Source: Myxococcota bacterium (lineage in GTDB: Bacteria > Myxococcota_A > Bradymonadia > UBA4248 > JAVFAO01). Taken from it: DNA of 23,528 nucleotides. Under the pieces are notes generated by a model. The model saw nothing but the letters and a program-made list of their open reading frames with translations. It did not search any database and was not told the DNA's origin. Positions 8,751 to 17,170 of this stretch are shown in pieces; the stretch's first letter is position 1; each line of letters opens with the position of its first letter. The stretch lies in contig JAVFAO010000065.1 of assembly GCA_034002465.1 (NCBI GenBank), forward strand, positions 1-23,528, in the 5' to 3' direction. Both the position numbers and the translations under genes were made by a program.

Positions 8751-8787
8751 GGGAAAACAGGCCAAGCGCCCAATGGACAAGAAGTTG
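8751..8787 (+). repeat. Family A repeat copy A2 (single unit), immediately 3' of B1 and 18 nt downstream of the mfd stop.
   Basis: gggaaaacaggccaagcgcccaatggacaagaagttg. Confidence 0.7.
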
Positions 8788-8805
8788 CTGAACCCCTCCA
8801 TCCAT

Positions 8806-11800
8806 CTAGCGGCAGCATGAGGCGAGCTCTCGCAAGTAGGCCTTGCAGGTAGCGACCAAAGCCGCCGCTTCGCTCGGGCGCAGGTAGCGCACGAGGCGCA
8901 GATCCTGACGGAGAACATAGCGTTTTGGCTCGGCGAGCACCAGGGATACCACCCGATTCGGGTCGAGACCGCTGTTCTCGCCGATGTTGATGGTGATCGC
9001 GGTGTTGTTGGCGTCCACCCCCATGACGCCGAGTGCGCGTAGCAAGAGCTTGACCTCGAAAAGCTCACGCAGCCCCAGCAGCTCTCGGGGTGCCGCGCCG
9101 AAGCGGTCGACGATCTCTCCGAAGATACGATAGAGCTCGTCGATATCTGCTGCCGCCGAGAGACGTTTGTACAGCATCAGCCGGAGCTGCACGTCCGGGA
9201 CATAGTCGTCGGGCAGATAGGCCTCGATGGGGAGGTTCACCTCGGGTTCGACCCGCGACTCCAGCGGCTTGCCAGAGAGCTCGGCGATGGCCTCATCCAG
9301 CAACTCCGTATACATGTCCAGGCCCACGGTCATGATGCTGCCGTGCTGCTCGGCACCGAGCAGGTTGCCTGCCCCTCGCAGCTCCAAATCGAGCTGGGCT
9401 ATCTGAACGCCGCTACCGAGCTCGGTGAAGCGGGTGATGGCATCGAGACGGTCGTGCGCGGCCTCGCTGAGCTTCTCATCTGCAGGGATCATCAAGTAAC
9501 AATGCGCCCTCTGGCTCGAACGCCCCACACGCCCACGCAACTGGTACAACTGCGCCAGACCCAGAGTGTCCGCGCGGCTGACAATCAGGCAATTGGCGTT
9601 GGGGATGTCCAGGCCACTCTCGATGATCGTCGTGCACACCAGTACATCCGTTTCGCCACGGATGAAATCGAACATCACGTTCTCGAGCTTGCGCTCGTCC
9701 ATCTGCCCATGGGCCACAGCGATCCGGGCCTTCGGACAGAGGCTGGCCAGCTGCGTGGCACACTGCTCGATGGTCTGGACACGGTTGTGCAGATAGAACA
9801 CCTGGCCACCGCGAGCGAGCTCCTGCTCGATGGCGTCGCGGATGGCGCCGTCGGTTTGTCTCGCCAGGTAGGTGCGCACCGCCAGACGATCGTCGGGCGG
9901 CGTCGCGATCACCGACAGATCACGAAGCCCCATCATGCTCATCTGCAGGGTGCGCGGGATCGGCGTTGCCGTCATTGACAGCACATCCAGTGGCGTATTC
10001 CCATCAATCTGCTGGGCGAGTACTTTGATCTTCTCCTTATGGGCCACCCCAAAGCGATGCTCCTCATCGATGATGAGCAGCCCCAGCGACCGGAACTTCA
10101 GATCGGACGAGAGCAGTCGGTGGGTTCCAATGAGCACGTCCACGCTGCCCTGGCTCACTCCCTGCAGAATGGCCTTGGTTTCTGCGGCTTTGCGGAAGCG
10201 GCTCAGCGACTCGACGCGCACCGGGTAGTTGGCGAAGCGGTTGCGGAAGGTGGCAGCGTGCTGCTCCGCGAGGATCGTGGTGGGGACCAGCACCACGACC
10301 TGCTTTCCGTCAAGCACCGCGCGGAAGGCGGCGCGTACCGCCACCTCGGTCTTGCCAAAGCCAACATCGCCGCAGACCAAGCGGTCCATCGGCCGCGCTT
10401 TGGCCATGTCCTCGAGCACCGCGTCGATGGCGGCGGCCTGATCGACCGTTTCGTTGAACGGGAAGGAGCTTTCGAAGTCTCGGAAATACTCGTCTCTGGT
10501 GGAGAAGGCAAAGCCTGGACGAGCCGCCCGCTCGGCATAGAGTGAGAGCAGGTCGATGGCCAGGGCCTTGACGCTCTCGCGGACCTTGGCTTTGCTCCGC
10601 TCCCAGGCGGTGCTGCCCAGGCGATCGATGCGCGTGGGCTGCTCTCCGCCTGCGAACTTCTGTACGCTTCCCAGCCGGTGAACCGGGACATAGAGCTTGT
10701 CCTCGTCGGCGTAGCGCAGCAACAGAAAGTCGCCACGGATGCCACCCACCTCGAGGTTGAAGAGCCCTTCGTAGCGGCCAATGCCGTGCTCGCCGTGCAC
10801 CAGGAAATCCCCCGGTCGCAGCTCGCGGAACGAGAGCAGGGCGCGCTCGGTACTCGCGCTCTTGGCGCTGCTCTGTCGCGTTTTGCGCGCGCCAAAGAGC
10901 TCTTGGTCGCTGATGATGGCCAGGCCCAGCGCAGGAAAGCGTTCTCCGCTCGTGAGTTTGGCGCGGAGGAGCTGCACCTCCTTGGCAGGAGGCTGGCTCG
11001 GCGCGATGAGGCGTGCGGGAAGCCCGCTCTGCATGGCCGCGGGGATGCCGTGTAGGGGTAGCTGCTCGAGCAGGCGCTCGGCGCGTCCGCTGCTGCTGCA
11101 GGCAATCGCGATGGTCCCGTAGACCTCTGCGAATTGCTTCAGCTTCTCGGCGAAGGCAGGAATCACCTTGTCTGGGCCGAGGCGCTGCCTGAGCGCGCTC
11201 AGATCATGGTTCCCGAGGCTGTCGAAGCGTAGCGGGGTGTCGCTCTCGAGCCTGCTGCACAGCCGTGGTAGAGGGCCAATGGCATCCGCCCACTGGGCGG
11301 GGCGCAGATAGAGCTCCTCTGGTGGGAAGGCGAGCAGCTCCGAGGCGAGCCGCTGTTGGTATTGCTCCTGGGCGCGGTCGAAGAGCTGCGTTTGGGCGTG
11401 CTGGATGGCGTCCTCGTCGACGAGCATCAGCAGACGTCCATCCATGAACTTGGGGGAACAGGCCAAGCGCCCAATCGACAAAAACTCGAGCGGGGTTTCC
11501 AGGTGCTCGAAGAAGGCGGGCATCAGCGCTTCGATGCCGAGGAAATGGCGGCCGTGGCCAAGCTCGGTGAGCACTTTGCGCAGGGATTTGGTGGGGAAGT
11601 CGAGTTGGTCACCAAGCTCTCGCAGCCGATTCCTTGCGACGAGCAGCGATTGCTCGTCGAGGATTTCCTCTCGAACAGGGCAAATGTAGAGGCCGCTCAG
11701 CGTGCTGGTCCCGCGCTGGGTGTCAGGGTCGAAGTGGCGTAAGGTCTCAACCTCGTCGCCATCGAGTTCGATGCGCACAGGCTGGGCATAGACGGGGCTG

Positions 11801-12528
11801 AAGACGTCGACGACACCCCCTCGTACGGCAAAAGTGCCAGGATCTTCAACGGATTGCACAGGGGCGTAGCCGCAGCTCAAGAGCCGCGTGCGCAGCTTCG
11901 TCAGGTCCACCTCGTCACCTGTGCCCAAGATCAGGCTGAGCGCGTCCAGGCTCTGCCGCGGTGGGCAGCGTCGGCACAGCGCTTCGACCGAGGTGATGAG
12001 CAGCGGTGGCGCTTCTCCGAGGTGCAGGAGAAAGAGTGCGGCGAGGCGCGCAGCGACCGTCCGTCGGTTTGGTGCGATGCCGCTGTAGGGGCTCTGATCC
12101 ACCGACGGCAGGAGCATGCAGTTCGCTTCACCCGCGAAGAAGCTGCACTGCTCGAGAAGCTCTTCTGCCTTGCTGCTGCTCGAGGTGACGAGAACCACCG
12201 AGCGCTGCCGCGAGCTGACCAGCTCGCTGGCGAGCAGCGCGCAGCTCAGTGGGCTCGCTCGCATGACCTGGCGCGGTGGTGCAAGGCCGTCCCAGCCATC
12301 GACCAGCGCGGCCCAATCGAAGCACGAGGCGGCCGCAGCACGCTCCAGCTCGCTGCCTACTGACTCGGGCTGCGCGGTGTGGACCTGCTCTTGGGGTTCC
12401 TCTTCGAAGCCTACGAGCAGGCCGTCTTCGTCGACCTCGAGCTCGCTCTGCTCGTCTTCGATTTCGTCAAAGAATGCAGGGTCTTCGATGTGTTGGACTG
12501 GTTCTGGGGCAGGGTGACGTACGTTCAT
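8806..12528 (-). CDS. mfd: Transcription-repair coupling factor Mfd.
   Basis: 1240-aa ORF. Mfd hallmarks: CGDVGFGKTEVAVRAAF (Walker A), LLIIDEEHRFGV (DEEH box), TATPIPRTL, QLRGRVGRS, TRG-like VGLDMYTELL, and UvrB-homology N-terminal modules. ATG at 12528 but no clear SD. The first ~70-88 aa are acidic and unlike the E. coli Mfd N-terminus as I recall it, so the true start may be internal (e.g. the ATG at 12264). Confidence 0.9.
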   Translation of the reverse strand: MNVRHPAPEPVQHIEDPAFFDEIEDEQSELEVDEDGLLVGFEEEPQEQVHTAQPESVGSELERAAAASCFDWAALVDGWDGLAPPRQVMRASPLSCALLASELVSSRQRSVVLVTSSSSKAEELLEQCSFFAGEANCMLLPSVDQSPYSGIAPNRRTVAARLAALFLLHLGEAPPLLITSVEALCRRCPPRQSLDALSLILGTGDEVDLTKLRTRLLSCGYAPVQSVEDPGTFAVRGGVVDVFSPVYAQPVRIELDGDEVETLRHFDPDTQRGTSTLSGLYICPVREEILDEQSLLVARNRLRELGDQLDFPTKSLRKVLTELGHGRHFLGIEALMPAFFEHLETPLEFLSIGRLACSPKFMDGRLLMLVDEDAIQHAQTQLFDRAQEQYQQRLASELLAFPPEELYLRPAQWADAIGPLPRLCSRLESDTPLRFDSLGNHDLSALRQRLGPDKVIPAFAEKLKQFAEVYGTIAIACSSSGRAERLLEQLPLHGIPAAMQSGLPARLIAPSQPPAKEVQLLRAKLTSGERFPALGLAIISDQELFGARKTRQSSAKSASTERALLSFRELRPGDFLVHGEHGIGRYEGLFNLEVGGIRGDFLLLRYADEDKLYVPVHRLGSVQKFAGGEQPTRIDRLGSTAWERSKAKVRESVKALAIDLLSLYAERAARPGFAFSTRDEYFRDFESSFPFNETVDQAAAIDAVLEDMAKARPMDRLVCGDVGFGKTEVAVRAAFRAVLDGKQVVVLVPTTILAEQHAATFRNRFANYPVRVESLSRFRKAAETKAILQGVSQGSVDVLIGTHRLLSSDLKFRSLGLLIIDEEHRFGVAHKEKIKVLAQQIDGNTPLDVLSMTATPIPRTLQMSMMGLRDLSVIATPPDDRLAVRTYLARQTDGAIRDAIEQELARGGQVFYLHNRVQTIEQCATQLASLCPKARIAVAHGQMDERKLENVMFDFIRGETDVLVCTTIIESGLDIPNANCLIVSRADTLGLAQLYQLRGRVGRSSQRAHCYLMIPADEKLSEAAHDRLDAITRFTELGSGVQIAQLDLELRGAGNLLGAEQHGSIMTVGLDMYTELLDEAIAELSGKPLESRVEPEVNLPIEAYLPDDYVPDVQLRLMLYKRLSAAADIDELYRIFGEIVDRFGAAPRELLGLRELFEVKLLLRALGVMGVDANNTAITINIGENSGLDPNRVVSLVLAEPKRYVLRQDLRLVRYLRPSEAAALVATCKAYLRELASCCR
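11449..11486 (+). repeat. Family A repeat unit embedded in frame inside the mfd coding sequence.
   Basis: cttgggggaacaggccaagcgcccaatcgacaaaaact. On the mfd (minus) strand it encodes ...PLEFLSIGRLACSPK... The same peptide motif LSIGR(L/S)ACSP is what the tandem array at 20163-20312 encodes on its minus strand. Confidence 0.7.
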
Positions 12529-12572
12529 GAGAGATAGGTTTGGAAACGGCTCTGCGTGATGGGCTGCAGCGT

Positions 12573-13640
12573 TCAGCTGTCATGGGGGTTGGGAGTGCGG
12601 GGATAATGGTCCCTGGGGAGCTCGCCGACGACTGGGACGTCGGCGATGGCGAGGAAGCGCTCGATCTGGCGCTCGATGTAGAAGGCTTGTTCTGGTTCGC
12701 TGAGGCCTCTGGCGATGGCACGTTCCTTCTCGCCCAGGACTGCGACCACCGAGTAGGTGCGCAGGAAGGTAGAGGCTTCTCGTCCATCGGTCCTGTCTTC
12801 TCGGCAGAAGATCTGTTCGATTCGCGAGGCTTCCACGGGGCGCACCGGGAACCATTTGATGGGGCCGTGCTCGATGCTGAGGCTGCGGTTGTCGACGCGG
12901 ACGGTGGTCTCGTTCTGGGCGAACGCGACGAGGACGTAGACGCCGACTCCAAGGACAGCGAAGAGACCAGCGACGGTGACCAGGGTCGATTGGAAGATGG
13001 CGGCCAGCAGGCTAATGAAGATGATGCCGATGAGCAGAAAGAGCACGAGCGCCGGCCCGCGTCGTCGGGTATAGGCCCAGGGGTATTGCAGGTAGAGCGC
13101 TCCACCTTGTATCCAGAACTTCATGTTTTCTGGGAGCTCTGCGGCACCCACGGCGATCAGCGGACCGCTGCTCATGGGAGGGAGGTCCGGGCTCAAGCCC
13201 CAGTTCTCTCGTCCGAGCAGCTGCATGGCGCCGCGGACGAAGGCGAGGACAGTGGTGAAGTCGCTCTCGGCCATGTTGGGGGCGACGAGCTCGAGCTGGG
13301 GCAGGGCGTCGAGGGGGCCCAAATTGCGGGTGCGGGTTTTCAGAGCGAGTCGTTGCCACTGACCGTCTTGGCGTTGGCGCAGCTCGAGAAAGAGGACGCT
13401 GGGGTCTCGACCGCGGCTGAGCACCGCTGAGAAGCTTTGGCTGGTGTCGATGCTGCGTCTTTCGCCCCGGCGCGAGATGGTGACCGCTTCGGAGCTGCAC
13501 TCGAAGATGGCGCCGGGTAGGTCGATGGGGGCGGTGAAGTTGCCGTTGAGCCTGGGCTCAGGGAGAAAGGCCAGGGCCTCCTCCGGAGAGACAAGCGGGC
13601 TGAAGGCTGGTTGGCCAGGGTTGGAATACACGCTGCTCAT
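12573..13640 (-). CDS. Hypothetical membrane protein (two central transmembrane helices).
   Basis: 355-aa ORF with very high GC3. TM segments LVLFLLIGIIFISLLAAIF and LVTVAGLFAVLGVGVYVLVAF. The opposite-strand ORF 12540..13430 is G/D/E-rich antisense noise. Stop lies 45 nt upstream of the mfd start. Confidence 0.6.
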   Translation of the reverse strand: MSSVYSNPGQPAFSPLVSPEEALAFLPEPRLNGNFTAPIDLPGAIFECSSEAVTISRRGERRSIDTSQSFSAVLSRGRDPSVLFLELRQRQDGQWQRLALKTRTRNLGPLDALPQLELVAPNMAESDFTTVLAFVRGAMQLLGRENWGLSPDLPPMSSGPLIAVGAAELPENMKFWIQGGALYLQYPWAYTRRRGPALVLFLLIGIIFISLLAAIFQSTLVTVAGLFAVLGVGVYVLVAFAQNETTVRVDNRSLSIEHGPIKWFPVRPVEASRIEQIFCREDRTDGREASTFLRTYSVVAVLGEKERAIARGLSEPEQAFYIERQIERFLAIADVPVVGELPRDHYPRTPNPHDS

Positions 13641-13702
13641 GGGTCAAGGCTTGGACTGCGAAAGTGGAGGAGCTGGCTGTGTTCGCCCATCGATGCGAAG
13701 AA

Positions 13703-13742
13703 AAAAAGAGGGATTCCAGAGGGCTAGCCCTCCGATGGGTGT
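13703..13742 (+). repeat. Family C repeat copy C2.
   Basis: aaaaagagggattccagagggctagccctccgatgggtg. GGGCTAGCCC is a perfect palindrome. Compare C1 and C3. Confidence 0.55.
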
Positions 13743-13870
13743 GGGGAAGCGGCGCGAAGCGCAAGCAAAGGACTGCTCGAGCCGTGGGTGGAGACCGAGC
13801 AAAGAAGCGCGGCTCAAGGCCAACGCCGGAGTCAGCTTGTCAGATTTGTGGGCACCTGTCGACCAGATGC

Positions 13871-15190
13871 TTAGTCGATGGCGGTGCAGGTACCGAGGGA
13901 TGGTGCCAGCCCCTGCTCACACTCTCCGACGCTGCCACCGACGCAAGCATCGTTTCCACTACAATCTGCTTCGCTCCAACAGGAGCCTTCCAGAAGCAGG
14001 TTCAAGCAGTGGCCGCCCTCACAGCGATGGCTGCTACAATCTGAGTGTGTCTCGCAACACTCGCACGTCCCGGCTGCAGCAAGCGGCACCCAGGCATCAG
14101 AGCAGGACTCAGCTTCCAATCGCCGGCAAAGCTTCATTTCGGAGGCACAGTCTCTTTGTGTCCAGCATTGCCCTGGACTGAGCAGTGGAAGTCGTTCGAG
14201 ATCACGACAGACACTGTCCAGACACACCAATGGAGCATCGCAGTCTTCCTGCACACTGCAGCAGTGTGTGCAGTAGCCTGGCCGCTCGGGCCACGGTTCA
14301 CTTGGGAACAGGGTCTGCGAGCAGAAGTCGTCGTTGAGCGGGCCGCAGTGGAGATCCTGGAAGCAGCCCTCGTCAGGGCTGGCATATCCAGTCTGACAGA
14401 AGTCGCCCACGCAGACCTCGCCCAAGCCAGGGCAGTGCCCCAGAAGGCCGCACTTCTCGGCAATGCGCGGCTTGCAGATTCCATCGATGGTCAACGATGC
14501 GCCTTCGCAGACCTCGTTGAGCAAACAGTGACTGTTCAAGCGGCAGCCCGTCTCGGGCTTCTCGAGGCAGAGCGAATCCCCATCAACGAACACGCAATCA
14601 CTCTCGGCACAGTTCTCACACTGAGGCGGCGTACAGGTTCCAGCTTTGGGAACACAAGAGACGCTGGTGCAAGCGCAGGACTCGACGCCCACGCAGACTG
14701 GCGTCTCTTCCTCGCAGTCAGCGTGTGCCCAACACTGGGGTGATTGCACAGGGGGCACACAGAGAGTCCCGTTGGTGTCCAACGACTCGAGGCATTGCTT
14801 GTTGCCCTTGGTGCACGCAGAACAGGGCTTGCAGTTCGAGTTCGGGATGAGGTCTTGATCGATGGCGTCGGTGGTGGTGTCTGGGACCTCTGTCCCGTCG
14901 TTGCCATCCACGCCGTCATAGCTGTCCGTATCGACCACCTCGGGCAGGTCCTGAGGGAGGGTGTCCACGAGCTCGGGGAGCAGCTCTGCTGCGTCTTCGT
15001 CGAGATCCTTGGGTGGCAGAACGAGGTCAACGTTGGGGACGTCGACTGGAGTGTCCGCCGTTTCCGCCAGCAAATCCTCGAGCTGCAGAGGATACTGGCT
15101 GGGGTCTTCGAAAGGCATGCAGCTCATCGGGAACAGGCCGACGAGCGCCAGAAGACTGACCCGGAAGACCCGGAAGAAAGAAGGGCTCAT
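13871..15190 (-). CDS. Secreted cysteine-rich repeat protein (acidic N-terminal linker followed by about 10 Cys-rich modules).
   Basis: ORF 13871..15271. I prefer the ATG at 15190 (MSPSFFRVFRVSLLALVGLFPMSC, signal peptide) with GGAG 7 nt upstream. Repeated xx(D/S)DC...C...C modules (AHADCEEETPVC, RDCASEMKLC, HSDCSSHRCEGGHC, EADCSGNDAC) resemble the Cys-rich modules of the amylase at 407..3208. Confidence 0.7.
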   Translation of the reverse strand: MSPSFFRVFRVSLLALVGLFPMSCMPFEDPSQYPLQLEDLLAETADTPVDVPNVDLVLPPKDLDEDAAELLPELVDTLPQDLPEVVDTDSYDGVDGNDGTEVPDTTTDAIDQDLIPNSNCKPCSACTKGNKQCLESLDTNGTLCVPPVQSPQCWAHADCEEETPVCVGVESCACTSVSCVPKAGTCTPPQCENCAESDCVFVDGDSLCLEKPETGCRLNSHCLLNEVCEGASLTIDGICKPRIAEKCGLLGHCPGLGEVCVGDFCQTGYASPDEGCFQDLHCGPLNDDFCSQTLFPSEPWPERPGYCTHCCSVQEDCDAPLVCLDSVCRDLERLPLLSPGQCWTQRDCASEMKLCRRLEAESCSDAWVPLAAAGTCECCETHSDCSSHRCEGGHCLNLLLEGSCWSEADCSGNDACVGGSVGECEQGLAPSLGTCTAID

Positions 15191-15285
15191 GTTTCGCTCC
15201 AAGACGAACGGCCCGGTCCATGTACCTCGACGAGCGCAGGGTGTCGGTGGGCCCAAAGCCCACTCTAGCAAACCGGCAGTCCCGG

Positions 15286-15313
15286 TTCAAAAAGCCCGAG
15301 CGGATTTCCGCTC
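15286..15313 (-). terminator. Putative intrinsic terminator downstream of hslO.
   Basis: On the minus strand: GAGCGGaaatCCGCTC hairpin followed by GGGCTTTTTG. It lies about 30 nt after the hslO stop. Confidence 0.4.
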
Positions 15314-15344
15314 TTGGCCACGCTCAGGCGAGCCTGGACACGGC

Positions 15345-16142
15345 TCAGTTCACCATTGCGCCGGAACCATCGCCGTCATCGTCGGCTTCCTGCCGAGTCA
15401 GCACATACGCCCGGCCACAGCGCGGGCACTCGATGTGGAGCTGCGCCTCGCTCCCCCAAAGCTCGGCTTGTTGCGCATTAGAGATGCTGCCGACCACTAG
15501 CCGCAACCACTGCTCATCACAGCGGCAACCGTACCAATAGAGCTTCTCGTTGGTCTCCTTGGCCTCTCCCTGGGTCCAGCGCTCCACCGTCTCGATGAGG
15601 GCAGCCTCATCGAGTCCGGCGAGGGTCGTGAGCTCTGCGCCAGGCAGGGCCTGGACGAGTACGCAGCGACCATCCTCAGACATCCCCAGCCGTGTGGGGA
15701 TTTGCTCTGAGATGCTGAAAAACTGCTCGATGACGGAGAGCGGGTCACAGGTCTCTGGAGTGAAGCTGCTCTGGCGCAGCGGGCCGTTTTCACGCTGGCG
15801 CTGAAGGACGACCAAGGACTTCGAGGCCTCCGCTTCGCGATGGCGCAGAGACACGAAGCCCTCTGGCTCTGCCGCGCAAAAAAAGCCCCAGGGGCTCTCG
15901 GGCAGCGTCATCGTCCAACCCCAGCTCTCGTTTTCCACGAAGCTCATCGCGCCCAGGATGGCAGCAGCGAGCAGCCGTTTGCCCATTTGGGACACCGCCT
16001 CGGGCGGCGTCGGAATGCCGTGACGTTGATGATACTGCTGCCACGCATCCAAGACGGCTCGAAGCTCGCCTTTCACCACGAGGAGCCCGTGTTCTTCGTG
16101 TAAGAATCGATAAAAATGTGCAAAAACGGGCATCTCAGACAC
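15345..16142 (-). CDS. hslO: Hsp33 redox-regulated chaperone.
   Basis: C-terminal zinc centre YGCRCDEQ...HIECPRCGRAYVLT (CxC...CxxC) and N-terminal FYRFLHEEHGLLVVKGELRAV typical of Hsp33. GTG start at 16142 with GAGGAG 7 nt upstream (alternative ATG at 16133). Confidence 0.8.
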   Translation of the reverse strand: MSEMPVFAHFYRFLHEEHGLLVVKGELRAVLDAWQQYHQRHGIPTPPEAVSQMGKRLLAAAILGAMSFVENESWGWTMTLPESPWGFFCAAEPEGFVSLRHREAEASKSLVVLQRQRENGPLRQSSFTPETCDPLSVIEQFFSISEQIPTRLGMSEDGRCVLVQALPGAELTTLAGLDEAALIETVERWTQGEAKETNEKLYWYGCRCDEQWLRLVVGSISNAQQAELWGSEAQLHIECPRCGRAYVLTRQEADDDGDGSGAMVN

Positions 16143-16276
16143 AGCCTTCTCCTCTCTCGCGGCGAAAGGTTCGCCACGAAAGGCGCATCATGGCCGCCGT
16201 CGCAGGCTTGTCAAGCCCAGCTCTGCAGTCCTAGACTGGCCCACGGGATGAACCAAGCCCAAGGAGGAATTGAGCC

Positions 16277-16768
16277 ATGACCCAACGTAGCATCGAGGAG
16301 CTCCTCAATGACGCAACCCAGGCTGCTCAAGATCGTCTTCTGGAGTACGCTGATGAGCTCATTGCTCAGGTCCTGGAACGTGAGCCAGAGAACCTGAGAG
16401 GACTAGATTTGCTCGGCTTTGTTCGCTACTTTCAGGGCGATCCAAAGGCGGCCGAGGAAGCCTGCAGAAAAGCCCTGGCCATCGAGCCAGAGCACGCCTA
16501 CGCGCACAAGGGTCTGGGGCTGTGTCTGGCCAAACAGGGCCAAGTCGAGCAAGGTCTCGAGCACCTGCGGCACGCCATTGAGCTGCGCCCCAAGTGGATG
16601 GACCCTCGCTGGGATCTTACCGTAACGCTGATCCAAGCCCAGCGCTTCGAAGAGGCCGAGGCCAACCTGAGCGAAACCGAGACCGCTTTCCCCGCAGCCC
16701 GTGCAAGGCTGGCGGGCTTGCGCAAGCACCTCGAGAAGGCTCGACAGAGCGCTGGCCAGAGCGCCTAA
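16277..16768 (+). CDS. Small tetratricopeptide (TPR) repeat protein.
   Basis: AAGGAGG 8 nt before the ATG. TPR-like repeats (AEEACRKALAIEPEHAYAHKGLGLCLAKQGQVEQGLEHLRHAIELRP). Confidence 0.7.
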   Translation: MTQRSIEELLNDATQAAQDRLLEYADELIAQVLEREPENLRGLDLLGFVRYFQGDPKAAEEACRKALAIEPEHAYAHKGLGLCLAKQGQVEQGLEHLRHAIELRPKWMDPRWDLTVTLIQAQRFEEAEANLSETETAFPAARARLAGLRKHLEKARQSAGQSA

Positions 16769-16967
16769 GGCCTTCGCTCAGTCTCGCAAGCCGACCCTGC
16801 GCCTGCAGATCCTCGCGATTACTCAGAGGGCTTTCGATTCCTTGGCGTTCGCGCTTGCAAGCAGAATGCGCCTGCTCTATGAATGATGGCGCGTGATCGA
16901 ATGCCTCGTCGAGGGGATGCAGCAGCCACCTGCGTGTCCGCTCCCTCGACGCGCACGAGCCAAGGGG

Positions 16968-17042
16968 TGAAACAGGCCGAGCCCAATCAGCAACAAATTG
17001 AAATCAAAGGGATTCCAAGGGCGAAGCCCTTTGGCGGGGCGA
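16968..17042 (+). repeat. Degenerate family A unit fused to family C copy C3.
   Basis: aacaggccgagcccaatcagcaacaaattg (A-like), then aaatcaaagggattccaagggcgaagccctttggcgggg (C, with GGGCgaaGCCC hairpin). Confidence 0.55.
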
Positions 17043-17083
17043 GGGGCAGAGCCCCGCAATCGTATTCACATTCAACAGGTCAT

Positions 17084-17131
17084 GGGACTAGGCCAAGCGC
17101 CCAATCGACAAGAAAATCAGACGACTAGGCC
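17084..17131 (+). repeat. Family A repeat copy A4 (about 1.3 units), 40 nt upstream of the MVP start.
   Basis: gggactaggccaagcgcccaatcgacaagaaaatcagacgactaggcc. Confidence 0.6.
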
Positions 17132-17170
17132 GGCAGCGAGGAGCTGTAACAAGCGGAAGGGGGAGCAGCA

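Noticed and set aside
12540-13430. 296-aa plus-strand ORF.
   Set aside because: It is antisense to the membrane-protein gene at 12573..13640, which has coherent TM helices and high GC3. The plus frame is a D/E/G-rich shadow.
17086-17131. 9-bp direct repeat GACTAGGCC flanking part of family A copy A4, possibly a target-site duplication.
   Set aside because: The second copy aligns as the start of a partial second tandem unit (AAGTTGGGGGAACAGGCC in the consensus), so it is more simply a 1.3-unit tandem than a TSD.
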